Shown here piece by piece: positions 1 to 10,252 of a stretch of 64,000 bases of DNA. The DNA is taken from the NCBI GenBank assembly GCA_963755915.1, contig CAVWLP010000002.1, positions 4,608,001 to 4,672,000 of the forward strand, written 5' to 3'. Positions within the stretch are counted from its first letter, which is position 1, and the number at the start of each line of letters is the position of its first letter. The notes below the pieces were generated by a model. The model worked only from the letters and a program-made list of their open reading frames with translations. It made no database searches and was not told the DNA's origin. This stretch comes from an uncultured Phycisphaerales bacterium (GTDB lineage Bacteria; Planctomycetota; Phycisphaerae; Tepidisphaerales; Tepidisphaeraceae). The position numbers were made by a program, and so were the translations under genes.

Positions 1-4
1 CCCA

Positions 5-907
5 CTATCCCTCGCCGCCGCCCAGCTCGCGGCGCTGGAAGCTCCACATCCCCGCGCACAGCACAAACGTGCAGTACGAGACCGCATACATCGCCGCCAG
101 TCCCACGTATCCCCACAACGGTCCCAGCGGAGTTGCATCGGTGTTATTCGAAAAATCGCCCACTTTGATTGTCGAAAGCACCGTCAGGTCCTTCATATCA
201 AACGTCCCCAGGTACGGCAGCAGCAGCGCCACCACCCGTCCGATCCCCTGCACCAGTTCGGGCTTATCCGCCAGCGGCCCGCCGGCGATGGGAAACATGA
301 ACCGCGTCATGTTTCCCGCCAGGTACAGAATAATCACCATCGGAAGATTCACCACCAACGAGAACCGCGTCGAAAGCGCCACCCCCACCGCCGCCAGCAC
401 GCAGATCTGAAGCCAGGTCAGCACCAATTGCGGCACCAGGCCCGAGATATGCATCAAGCGGTAATTCCAGATTTGCCCGCGCACCAAATCGTTCAGCGAA
501 TTCGAATTCAGCAGGTAATCGGTGGGAATGCGGATCCAGGTAGCGAGAATCGTCACAAACCCGAGCAGCGCCACCCCAAGCCCTGCCGCGGCGGCGATGC
601 CAAAATATTTCCCCAGCATCACCTGCCATCTTCGCACCGGCTTGCTCATCAGCGTGAGCATGGTCCGGTCTTCAATTTCTTCGTAGATCGACTTGCTCGT
701 GGCAAACAGCGTGGCCAGCAGCACCAGCAGCAGGATCACGTCCAGTGCCACCGACTTGAACATCTTGGTGTCTTCGCCCAGCGTAAAGAACGGCAACAGC
801 CCAAAGATAAACAGCACCGCCGCCCCGAACGTCAGCAGCAGCGAGTAGATCGGCTGCAAAACCGCTTCGAGAAACGTATATCGTGCAATAACCAGAGTTC
901 GGTACAT
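5..907 (-). CDS. ABC transporter permease (ABC-2 type)
   Basis: Multi-TM 300 aa ORF with the 'SIYEEIEDRTMLTLMSKPVRRWQVMLGKYFG' signature of ABC-2 permeases. Confidence 0.8.
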   Translation of the reverse strand: MYRTLVIARYTFLEAVLQPIYSLLLTFGAAVLFIFGLLPFFTLGEDTKMFKSVALDVILLLVLLATLFATSKSIYEEIEDRTMLTLMSKPVRRWQVMLGKYFGIAAAAGLGVALLGFVTILATWIRIPTDYLLNSNSLNDLVRGQIWNYRLMHISGLVPQLVLTWLQICVLAAVGVALSTRFSLVVNLPMVIILYLAGNMTRFMFPIAGGPLADKPELVQGIGRVVALLLPYLGTFDMKDLTVLSTIKVGDFSNNTDATPLGPLWGYVGLAAMYAVSYCTFVLCAGMWSFQRRELGGGEG

Positions 908-1197
908 CAGTGCCTGATCGCGAAGTAATCGAATTCCCCAGTCGGCGCGGCGACGATTTGATCGAGCCCTTTGATATAACAGTTCATCTTCCGACTCACG
1001 TCTTCGAGCAGCCCATTGATCTCATCGTCCGGCCCCTCCATCACCAGCTCCACGCGCCCATCCGGAAGGTTGCGAACGTAACCCGCGACATTGTACTGCA
1101 TCGCCAAGTTCTTCACAGTATATCGAAACCCCACCCCCTGCACACGTCCACTAAATCGGCATTCCCTCCGGTGATAAAGGTGGACTACCGAACCCAT
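907..1197 (-). CDS. acyP: Acylphosphatase
   Basis: 'SGRVQGVGFR...GYVRNLPDGRVE' signature; start taken at ATG 1197. Confidence 0.9.
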   Translation of the reverse strand: MGSVVHLYHRRECRFSGRVQGVGFRYTVKNLAMQYNVAGYVRNLPDGRVELVMEGPDDEINGLLEDVSRKMNCYIKGLDQIVAAPTGEFDYFAIRH

Positions 1198-1269
1198 AGC
1201 GCAAATATAACGCAATGGGAACCCAGCCTACCAAGATTTTTTTTTCTCCTCGCAACTCGCAACTACCCC

Positions 1270-2277
1270 TCAATGCATATCAAACTGCTGCATCATCTCA
1301 TCGTATGCGACTTTCTGCATGAATTGACGGTAACCGTCCTCGAGCGTCGCCAAGTCCTCCCCAAGATAGTGCTCCAAAAGCGGCCGAACGCCCGCGGGAT
1401 TCCAGCCCAAATAGGCCAATCTCAGCGACCCTGTCGGGTCATAAACCGTTCCCGCGGCCGTATCCGCCAGCAGGCTCTGAAGTGCGGGCCGAAACCTTCC
1501 GTTTTCCCCCTCCCAGAGATACCGCGCAAAGGCCCAATCCTGGGCATAAAACGCCTCGATCCGAATCCCCGCCTTCCCCACCACCTGCCCGGCATGAAGG
1601 GTGATCAGCTCGCTGAGCGGAAAAAGCTCGTTCGCGTCCATCGCCCGGCGCAGCGAAAGCTCCCGCTCCGGGTTCAGCGAAAGATTAAACCTTGGCAGAT
1701 CGTTGTCCCACTGCACGTCTTCATACATGCACGCCAGACCCTCCTCAAGGAACGGAGGCAGCCTGCCGCGAAAATGCCGGGCGACAAACTGGTGCCAACC
1801 CTCATGGGCCGCCACCGAATACGTCGCGATGTCCCCAATGTAATAGGCCACATACCAGTCGTGAATCGTGTATCCGCCCCGGCTGATCTGCAGATAAATA
1901 TTCGCGTCCAGCCCCGTGTGCATTCGCGTGAACGCCATCCACTGCGGACGATCGGCGAACATATAGCAGCGCATCGGATGATTCGTCGGCGTCACCGACG
2001 GCGCCACCTTCAAATACATCTGAAACGCCCCCTCCATGAGCTGCGCCAAACGGTTCAGCATGTCCGGCCGATCCGGGATCGTCGAGTAAATCTCGTAATG
2101 CTGGCTGCGGACCACCTTCACCGCGTCGTTGTCGGGCGAAACGTCCTGCATCGTCACCGACGCCAGCACCGTCGGCCCGTTCCACGTGTCCACTGTGGCC
2201 GAATGCTGCCCCGAGCACGCCGCCAGCCCGACGATCCCGGCGACTCCCGCGGCGATCCATCTATTAAATTTCAACAT
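1270..2277 (-). CDS. DUF1570-like zincin metallopeptidase lipoprotein
   Basis: Lipobox-like LAAC; 'AHEGWHQF...LPPFLEEGLA' HExxH+E motif; 'FYAQDWAF'. Confidence 0.7.
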   Translation of the reverse strand: MLKFNRWIAAGVAGIVGLAACSGQHSATVDTWNGPTVLASVTMQDVSPDNDAVKVVRSQHYEIYSTIPDRPDMLNRLAQLMEGAFQMYLKVAPSVTPTNHPMRCYMFADRPQWMAFTRMHTGLDANIYLQISRGGYTIHDWYVAYYIGDIATYSVAAHEGWHQFVARHFRGRLPPFLEEGLACMYEDVQWDNDLPRFNLSLNPERELSLRRAMDANELFPLSELITLHAGQVVGKAGIRIEAFYAQDWAFARYLWEGENGRFRPALQSLLADTAAGTVYDPTGSLRLAYLGWNPAGVRPLLEHYLGEDLATLEDGYRQFMQKVAYDEMMQQFDMH

Positions 2278-2337
2278 CGCTCGCCATTGTAGGTAAAATC
2301 GCAAAGCACGCACCCCCGAAATCTAGTCCCCCACCTT

Positions 2338-3504
2338 TCACACGATCCGTTCTATCAACGCACCCAGCACCCTTTTTGATTCAAAATATTGTTCCGCGAT
2401 TCCCCGCGCCGCGGCACCGTGCCCGGAAGGGTCTTTCGCGATCGCATTCAGCGCCGCGGCCGCCTCATCCATCGTCTGGTAAGAAAAAAGCCCCTGGCCC
2501 GTCGGCAGCCAGCGGTCAAATCCGCTCCCCTGCGTCACCACCGGCCGACCGCTTGCCAGATAGGCCGCGCTGCGGTCGCTGAACCACCCGCTGGGCAATC
2601 CCGCGTAAATCTCCTTGGCCACTGTAAATTCCCCGGCGCTGCCCCGGATGAAATCCGCATACGCCTCGCAGCTCAGCGTCGCCTTCTCCGGATCGACCAG
2701 TTTCCACCCATGCCGCGAAAATTCCTCCGAGGTCTCCTTCGGCATCGCCAGCATTCCCAGCGTCATGGTCCACGAAACCCGGGGCGGAAGATCGATCATC
2801 TTCATCCACTCCACCCCCTTGCTGCTGCGGTAGCTCTTGCCGTTGAATTCCAGGTTCCGGTCGGATGTGTGCTCCCATTTGCCGATCGTTGTCATTTCAG
2901 AACTCTGCGATTGCCTGACGGGCCAGTGCCGCAGCGCGATCGGCTGGTTGGTCGGAATCCACTTGAATCCGTGCGTCGGCAGCGAACAGGCCTCGGTTCC
3001 TATGAGCCGCCCAAACGTCGCCACCGAATCGAACTTTCGATAATAGTCCAGAAATTCCCCGTCCCAGTTCATGCGAAGCTGCGTAAAGACCGGATCGGTA
3101 TCGATCACCGCCGTCTTTCGCGGCCTCGGCCGCTGCTCGCGCAACGGCGTCACCCCGCTGACGCACAGCAGAAGATCGGCCCGGCGCAAAAGATCGTTCA
3201 ACTCTCCCCCACTGAGTCCATAATGCTTGTCCTCAAACTGCGAGTAGTAGCAATACCGTTTCGGCAGCCCATATTGCGCAAACGTCCGTTCCAGGTATTC
3301 GCGCCCATAGGTGGAATCCGCCGAGGTCTGCCAGGTCACCGGGTTATACGGATACGAATACGACCCGCTGTCCTCCAGGAACCAGACTTCGTGCCCCAGC
3401 TCGTGGAGCCCCAGCAGATAATTGAGATGATGCCACGTCATCCCCCCCAATGGATAGGCGACGATATACCCGCCGACGACGATGGTCAGGCCCTTGCCCA
3501 TCAC
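2338..3504 (-). CDS. Putative GT-B glycosyltransferase (CgeB/YkvP-like C-terminus), paralog 1
   Basis: 'GGMTWHHLNYLLGL..GHEV', 'DTDP', 'GWFSDRSAAYLASGRPVV'; clear paralog of 3501-4730. Confidence 0.7.
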   Translation of the reverse strand: MMGKGLTIVVGGYIVAYPLGGMTWHHLNYLLGLHELGHEVWFLEDSGSYSYPYNPVTWQTSADSTYGREYLERTFAQYGLPKRYCYYSQFEDKHYGLSGGELNDLLRRADLLLCVSGVTPLREQRPRPRKTAVIDTDPVFTQLRMNWDGEFLDYYRKFDSVATFGRLIGTEACSLPTHGFKWIPTNQPIALRHWPVRQSQSSEMTTIGKWEHTSDRNLEFNGKSYRSSKGVEWMKMIDLPPRVSWTMTLGMLAMPKETSEEFSRHGWKLVDPEKATLSCEAYADFIRGSAGEFTVAKEIYAGLPSGWFSDRSAAYLASGRPVVTQGSGFDRWLPTGQGLFSYQTMDEAAAALNAIAKDPSGHGAAARGIAEQYFESKRVLGALIERIV

Positions 3505-4730
3505 CCGATTTTCGATCCCAGCGCCCGCGGCTTCGCCGCGTAGATCGATTCGATCATCCGCGGCAACACCCGATCCGGCGCCAGATATTCCCGCGCAATC
3601 TCATACGCCGCCGCGCGATGCCCCGCTGGATCCGCCGCCACGGCCTCGATCCCCGCGATCGCCTCTTCCATCGTATTAAACGCCACAATTCCCCTCCCCG
3701 CCGGGATGAACTTCGTCCACCCCGTATCTTCCACCACCGCTGGCCGCCCCCCGGCCAGGTAGCACGCCGTCCGGCAACTGAACCATCCCGTCCTCATCGC
3801 CACATAAACATTCTTGGCCACCGACCACTCCGCCGCGCTCTCGGCAATAAACCGCTGATAATCCCCCGGCGTCAGCGTAACGGCATGCGCATCCATCACC
3901 TTCCACCCAAACCCCTCCACTTTCTTCAACGGCGCTTTCAATCCATTCAGCGCCACCACCATCGGCGAATGAGTTCGGCCAGGAAGGTCCATGAATTTTT
4001 CAAACTCCGTCGACTTCGCGAAATATTCCATCCCGTTATAGGTCAGCGGCCCGCGGAACCAGTCCCAGGTCATGATCGTCGTCATTTCCGCCCCCGCCGG
4101 CACCGGCGCTTCGCGCACCGCCCGCCACTGCGGCAGCGTCACCACGCACCGCGTCGTCTGCCAATCGAAGTTCAGCCGCGGAACCAGGCAGTCGTCGCCG
4201 TAAAGATTCTCCGCGTAGGTCAGATGCCGATCGTGATCCGCCACCGACTGGCACCACCGCTCCACGTTCTGCGACCAGGCAAACCGCTCGCTGAGCATGA
4301 TCTGGTTGTAGCCCGGATCGGTGTCGAGAAATACCTTGACGCATCCGCTTCCCAGCTCCTCCGGGATGAAGCAAGCCCCGCTGACGTTCAGAAAAATATC
4401 CGCCGTTCGCGCTACCTCTGCGAAAGCCTCGCGTGTCATGCCGAAATGTTTCTCGTGAAACAGCACGTAATGCCACTTGCTTTTGAGCTGCGGCGCATGC
4501 GTGGAAAAAAATTCATCCAGAAACTTCACGGTGTACGAAGGGTCATCGGTCGGATACTTCAGCTGGGGATCGAACGGCCAGACCCACGTATCCTCGTGGT
4601 AATAAACATCATGCCCCAGCTCCGCGAGCCCCAGCACATAATGGAAATAATCCCACGCCACGCCCCCGAGCGGGAACTGCCCCACAAGCCCACCCACAAT
4701 GATCCGAAGTTTCTGTTTTTGCCCGGTCAT
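3501..4730 (-). CDS. Putative GT-B glycosyltransferase, paralog 2
   Basis: 'GGVAWDYFHYVLGL..GHDV', 'DTDP', 'GWFSCRTACYLAGGRPAV'; stop overlaps the start of the next gene. Confidence 0.7.
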   Translation of the reverse strand: MTGQKQKLRIIVGGLVGQFPLGGVAWDYFHYVLGLAELGHDVYYHEDTWVWPFDPQLKYPTDDPSYTVKFLDEFFSTHAPQLKSKWHYVLFHEKHFGMTREAFAEVARTADIFLNVSGACFIPEELGSGCVKVFLDTDPGYNQIMLSERFAWSQNVERWCQSVADHDRHLTYAENLYGDDCLVPRLNFDWQTTRCVVTLPQWRAVREAPVPAGAEMTTIMTWDWFRGPLTYNGMEYFAKSTEFEKFMDLPGRTHSPMVVALNGLKAPLKKVEGFGWKVMDAHAVTLTPGDYQRFIAESAAEWSVAKNVYVAMRTGWFSCRTACYLAGGRPAVVEDTGWTKFIPAGRGIVAFNTMEEAIAGIEAVAADPAGHRAAAYEIAREYLAPDRVLPRMIESIYAAKPRALGSKIG

Positions 4731-4765
4731 TAGACTCTTTATCCCCTCCCCTGGTACTCACTCTT

Positions 4766-4808
4766 TTCCCCGCCCCCGGTACTCCGGGGGAGGGTAAGGG
4801 AGGGGGGC
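4766..4808. repeat. REP-like palindrome family A (CCCTC..CCCGGTACTCCGGG..GAGGG); other copies ~11430-11471, 25382-25425, 42385-42426, 48680-48738
   Basis: Near-identical GC hairpins seen at five sites, in both orientations. Confidence 0.75.
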
Positions 4809-4840
4809 TTTTATCGCGAAGCTAGCCGATCATACCCATC

Positions 4841-6643
4841 CTACGCCGGCGAAGCTTCCTCGATCTTCAATTGCTGCCGCCCCATTTCCGCGTACAACCC
4901 ATGTGCGGCCACCAGTTCGGCATGTGTCCCCCGCTCCACGATCCGCCCCTCATCCATGACAAAAATCTGGTCGCAATCCATCACGGTGCTGAGACGATGA
5001 CTGACGAGGATAATCGTCCGCTGGCGTTTGAGACCGCGCAGGGTTTGGGTAACCAATGCCTCGTTCTGCGGATCGAGCGCGCTGGTTGGCTCGTCGAAAA
5101 CCATGATGGGGGCTTCGGTAAGGATGGCCCGGGCGATGCCGATGCGCTGCCGCTGGCCGCCGGAGATGTTGCCGCCGCTTTCGTTGATGACGGTATCGTA
5201 TTTCTCCGGCAGTTTTTCGATGAATCCCGCGGCGCCAGCCATTTCCGCGGCCTTGCGAATCTGCGCCGCCGTTGCCTCGGGCCGGCCGTAGGAAATGTTC
5301 TCGGCGACCGATGTGGGAAGGATCAGATTATCCTGTAGAACGAGAGCGACATGGGCCCGCACGTCCTTGATCTTCGCCTTGCGGATATCGATGTCATCCA
5401 TCAAGAGCGCCCCGCCGCTCGGATCGTAAAAACGCGGCAGCAGATTCAGCAGAGTCGTTTTTCCAACACCGCTGGACCCGACAAACGCCACCATCTGCCC
5501 CGGCCGGATGGTCACATCAATATCCCGCAGTACCGGCTCGCCGGCGCGATATTCAAAGCTCAGGTCCTTCAGCGAAAGAGTTCGCGACTGACGCGGCAAA
5601 TGAATCGCGTCCGGGGCATCCTTGATGATCGCATCGCGATCGAGAACGTCGAAGACGCGCTGCACGCTTGCCACGCCGCCTTGAATGCTTGCCCCACTGC
5701 CGCTCATCGACTGAAGCGGGCCATACACCTGATTCACATAGCCGAGAAACGCAAGCAGGTCGTAGGGCGCGATCTTACCGACATGGGCAAGCCATCCGCC
5801 ATAGCCGAAAATAGTCGCATATCCGAGCCCGAAAATTGTCCCCACTAGCAGCCAGTAGTACGAATCCTGCCACGCCTGCCGGACGTTGGCGCGGATACTG
5901 TCCTGCGCCGTGTTGGTGAAATGGTTGAACTCATCCGCCTCTCGCCCAAACGCCTGCACCAAACCGATCGACGCGATGGATCGCTGGATGACGGTGGTGA
6001 GCCGCGTGTCGACTTCCTTGGCTTCAAGCCACCGCCGCTTCAAAGGCCCGGCAAAGAGCTTCGTCGTCCAAAGCAGCAGCGGCGCTACCGACAACGTGAC
6101 AAGCGTCAGTCCCACGTTGAGGCTCAGCATGATACACATCATGAAAATCAGCGTCGCGCCGCTCACGACAATATTGTTCACGAGCACGGTCAGGATGGTC
6201 TGAAACCCAGACGTGTCGTAACTCAGGCGATAGATGGCATCCCCTTGTGGCTGGGATTTGTGATACCCGATGCTGAGCTGCTGCAGCTTGCGAAACAGAT
6301 CGCAGCGTACTCGCAGCAAACCGTGATACCCGATGTAAGTGCTGATCAGCCGCTGGGCCATCGCCAGCAGTTCCTGAACTATTCGCAGCACGATTGCCAA
6401 CACTGCCAGAAGGACGATCAGTTTAAACCTGTCGTTCCGCGCAATCCCGAGCAGGTGGCCAAGCCCATAGAAACACCGGTATATCCATTTGCCGCTGGGA
6501 AGCATAAACAGCGAAAGCAAAATGGGCGGCAAGAGAGGCTGAACCACCGCCGCCAGCGTTGACAGCGCAACCAATCCCAGCGACGCCAAGATCAGCGGCA
6601 AATCCTCGCGAAAATAAGCAATCGCCCGAAGATAAAATCGCAT
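4841..6643 (-). CDS. ABC exporter, fused permease/ATPase (MsbA-like)
   Basis: N-terminal TM domain, Walker A GSSGVGKT, signature ISGGQRQR, Walker B VFDEPTS. Confidence 0.92.
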   Translation of the reverse strand: MRFYLRAIAYFREDLPLILASLGLVALSTLAAVVQPLLPPILLSLFMLPSGKWIYRCFYGLGHLLGIARNDRFKLIVLLAVLAIVLRIVQELLAMAQRLISTYIGYHGLLRVRCDLFRKLQQLSIGYHKSQPQGDAIYRLSYDTSGFQTILTVLVNNIVVSGATLIFMMCIMLSLNVGLTLVTLSVAPLLLWTTKLFAGPLKRRWLEAKEVDTRLTTVIQRSIASIGLVQAFGREADEFNHFTNTAQDSIRANVRQAWQDSYYWLLVGTIFGLGYATIFGYGGWLAHVGKIAPYDLLAFLGYVNQVYGPLQSMSGSGASIQGGVASVQRVFDVLDRDAIIKDAPDAIHLPRQSRTLSLKDLSFEYRAGEPVLRDIDVTIRPGQMVAFVGSSGVGKTTLLNLLPRFYDPSGGALLMDDIDIRKAKIKDVRAHVALVLQDNLILPTSVAENISYGRPEATAAQIRKAAEMAGAAGFIEKLPEKYDTVINESGGNISGGQRQRIGIARAILTEAPIMVFDEPTSALDPQNEALVTQTLRGLKRQRTIILVSHRLSTVMDCDQIFVMDEGRIVERGTHAELVAAHGLYAEMGRQQLKIEEASPA

Positions 6644-6678
6644 ATTCGTTTAGCCGCGACCCGAAGGGGAGCGCTTCC

Positions 6679-9299
6679 CTAAACCACCGACAACTCCCCA
6701 TCCCCTTCGTCCAACACCGGGTCCAGAATATCGCCGGCTTTCGCCTCCGGCTTCGGGGCCTTCGCCGCCTTCCCACCCGGTTTCGCCGGCACCGGATAAT
6801 ACCCCGCCTTCTCCGCCGCCGCGTCGATCAACCCCAGCACCGGCGCAGAAACCTTCCGCCGATTCACCAGATACATCGACCACCATCGCCACCGGAATCA
6901 GCACCGCCGGCCGACTGAACGGCCACAGGTGCACCAGCAGCAAACACGCCAGCAGCATCGTCCCCACCATCAGCACCTGCCCAAACCGGCTCTGCCGCAG
7001 ATCCACCCGCACCCGCGTGAGCATTCCCTTTCCATCGTGATATTCCGTCGCCGTCGTCAGCCGAACCTTCGCATACCGGCTCCCGTAAATTTCCATGTCC
7101 CAATCATGCCATCCGCTGTCCATCCGGGCCCGCCATCCCGCCGCGTGAACCTCTTCGTTGATCTGGTGCAGCAGCCGCAGCCGGTCGTGCTCGCGACTCC
7201 AATACCGCAGCGTCCCCGGCTCGATCGGATCGAACGGGAACTTCTCGCTCCGCTGATATCCGCTCGCCTCCCCCTTCAGCACTTTCTCGCGAAGCCGCAC
7301 GCTATACCGTGCCCATCCCCGCGCGATCGGCTGGCGGAAATGCAGATACGCGATCAGCGGCCGCGTCAGCCAGTGCCGATGCCGCGGCATCGGCGCCTGA
7401 AACGCCGCCACCAGCGACAGCACCACCGGCGTCAGAAACATCGCCACCGCCACAAAAAACAGCGGCGCAAACGCCAGCGAAAGCAGCAGCGTAAACCCCG
7501 CCAGCAGATGCCACTCGATGCTCATCAGCATCATCGCCAGAACGGACGCCGGCCGCCGGTAAATCGTCTGAAACAATCCCGTCCCAAACACCCCGTGATA
7601 GACCACGTCTCCGCCCAGCCTCACCCCGATCCGATCTCCCCCATAAATCTTCCCGCGCCAGTGGCTCGCCCCCAGCGTGTTGAAATGATCCGGATGCTTA
7701 TATTTCAGCAGCGCTTCCGCTTCCCCATATCCCCGCTGCTGCTTCAGATACGCCTTCACGGTATTGCGCCGATAGTGCCACACCTGCGCCGCTGGCGCAA
7801 ACCCGATCGCCTGCCCCAGGTTCTGAATTCGCCAGATCACGTCCACGTCATCCCCCGCCTTGCGGAACTGCGTGTCAAACCCGTTGATCTGCTTCAGCAC
7901 CGGCGTATAAAACGCCATGTTGCAGCCCGGCACGTGTTCCGCCTGCCGGTCGTCGATCATCACATGCGTCGGCCCGCCCGGCGAAAGCCCCACGCAATCC
8001 GCCACCCACGAATCCTCATCCGGAATCAGGTTCGGGCCGCCCATTCCCGCATATCCCCCGCGCACCAGCGAAAGCGCCAGGTAATACAGCCAGTCTTCGT
8101 CCACTTCGCAATCGCTGTCAGTGTAAACCACCACTTCCCCGCGCGCCGCGTTCATCCCCACGTTCCGCGCGTGGCTCAGCCCCATGTTTTCCTGCCTGAT
8201 GTTCCGCACCCACGGAAACTTCCGCAGAATCTCCTGCGTGTTGTCCTTCGACCCATCGTCAACGAAGATCACCTCAAAATTCGGATACCGCAGCCGCGCC
8301 ATCGAAGAAAGGCACGCCTCCACCGTGCTCCCGCCGTTGTAGGAGCAGATCACCACGCTGCACATCGGCAGCTTCACGTCCGCCGTCTGCGGCACCCTTG
8401 CGAAAACCTCCCGAACCGCCGCAAACGCCGGCTTGGGCTGCCGATCCCGCGTCGTCAATCCAAACGCCCAATCCTCGATCTGATACCCATGCCGAAACCA
8501 GTCGTCCGTAAAGCTGAAGATAAACGTCCCGACAAGCCCCTCTTCAAACACCGCCCGCACGTGCTCGCTGAGGATCTTCGCCTGGCTCTCCGGCGTATGT
8601 TCCCGGAACGTGTCGATCCCATATTCCCCCAGCATCAGCGGCTTATCCCCCGCAATGTTCTGCAGCCGCGCCAGGTAATTCCGAAACACCTGCCCATCGT
8701 GCAGATAAACATTAAAGCAGACGAAATCCACCCCCTGCGGATTGATGTATTCAGTCGTCGGAAAATTCGCGAACGTCACCAAACATCCCGGCGCTTCCCG
8801 CTTGGCGATTTCCACCAGCTCATCGACGAAGTCCTCGATCTTCTCGCGCCGCCACGTAGCGCACGATGTCCGGCGGAATTTCGTTCACCACGCTGATCGC
8901 AAAAATCGCCGGGTGATTCCCGCACTCCCTGGCCGCGCGCCCAACCGCCTCCCGCGCCTGCTCCATCAGCGCCTCGTCAACCGTGAACGTCAGGTTCTTC
9001 GCCCACGCGACGTCCAGAAAAATCTTGATCCCCATCTCCTGCGCCAAATCGAGAAACCACGTCGGCGGGTTCTCGTATATCCGAACGCAGTTCGCCCCCA
9101 GCTCCAGCATCTGCCCAAAATCGCGCCGCGTCTGCTCAACGCCCGGCAGCGAGCACCCATCCGCCCCGGGCTTAAACGGCCCGTACGTCACCCCCTTCAC
9201 ATAAAACTTCTCGCTCCCCAGCCGGAAAAATTTCCCGTCCCGCCTCACCCGGTTGGAAATCGGCTCGCTGCGGCGATGACGCCCCGATCCCTCCAGCAT
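6679..9299 (-). CDS. Glycoside-hydrolase-like TIM barrel + GT2 glycosyltransferase + TM fusion (frameshifts ~8850 and ~6880)
   Basis: N-part 'KFYVKGVTYGPF...GANCVRIY...VVNEIP', 'LGEYGID'; GT2 'SVVICSYNG', 'DDGSKD', 'TDSDC', 'GCNMAF', 'AGDDVD'; three ORF pieces join colinearly. Confidence 0.8.
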
Positions 9300-9843
9300 C
9301 GCGATGCCGGACGGCCTTACGGCGCAGATTCTCTCTCAGTCAGCAACGACATAAGGATAGTCCCTTATCCCACCCACTCACGTTTTTTCATTTCGCCCTC
9401 GCGCCGCCAGCCGCGAAAAACTTTAAAAATTTCAACGTGGTATTTTAGACATCCTTCCCTTCCCTGGCCATTTCAATTCTTACGGCATTTAAATCATTAT
9501 TCGTCAGACAATAACGGCCAATTGAGGTTAGCCAAAGCCATACGACCGATATTCCACAGAACTGTCCGATAATGCAGGCATAACGTCCCATAGCTTAGGC
9601 AAAAGCGGGATTTCGATCACAAATGCCTTCGCCCCCCGTTTCCTTCCCTCCGACTTCGCCAAAGCCAGCCGGGCATAGTCCACCCCGGGGCCGAAAAATC
9701 CTCACCTCCGATTTTCGATTCTTCCTCCGCGATCCGCGCTCTCCAGCCAAGCGGGCGGTAGTACGTATTTACCGGCTATAGCCCGACTCCCCAACCCCCC
9801 TTGCAGATTCTTTCGAACTTCAACAATTTCACCCCAAAAATCT

Positions 9844-9900
9844 CCAGATTTCCCAAAATAGGTCCAAAACGTACACCCTTTGGACCTGTATATAGACGCG
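9844..9900 (+). repeat. Conserved ~57-bp non-coding motif, second copy at 48541-48598 (minus)
   Basis: Identical blocks CCAGATTTCCCAAAA, GTCCAAAACGT and CCTGTATATAGA in the same order and nearly the same spacing. Confidence 0.75.
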
Positions 9901-9975
9901 TACTATTTTTCCTGCGCCCTCTAAAACACCAACCCGCGCTCACAATGCGCTTGTCCCCGTGTAGCCGGCGAGCTT

Positions 9976-10028
9976 GCTCGCCGTGAGCCCGTCGAACGGC
10001 TCGCCGTGAGCCCCTCGAACGGCTCGCC
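9976..10028 (+). repeat. 23-bp tandem duplication GCTCGCCGTGAGCCC(G/C)TCGAACG
   Basis: Two full units plus a partial third read directly. Confidence 0.8.
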
Positions 10029-10043
10029 GATCCCGGAGTTCCC

Positions 10044-10196
10044 ATGCCCACCCATCCCAAATCTGAAATCTCAAATTTCAAATCTGAAATAGATCCCTCC
10101 CCAAAAAGTGAGATATTTTGGGATAACGTGAGACCTACCCGCTCCAGCCGTGTAACTCCCCAATCGCGAGAAAGACCAGATACTCTCAAAAAGTGA
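10044..10196 (+). CDS. Possible 50-aa small protein with three KSEI repeats
   Basis: GGAG upstream of ATG; MPTHPKSEISNFKSEIDPSPKSEIFWDNVR...; may be a by-product of DNA repeats. Confidence 0.3.
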   Translation: MPTHPKSEISNFKSEIDPSPKSEIFWDNVRPTRSSRVTPQSRERPDTLKK

Positions 10197-10252
10197 GTAA
10201 TTTTGGGAAAATGTGGGAACTACCCGCTTTCCAACTTTCGAATTTCCGCACT

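Noticed and set aside
910-8896. Long antisense ORFs (e.g. 910-2292, 3450-4733, 6929-8896)
   Set aside because: Shadow frames of high-GC genes, R/P/H-rich and without recognisable motifs.
10102-10228. Mini CRISPR array
   Set aside because: Only two imperfect units and no cas genes in the window.
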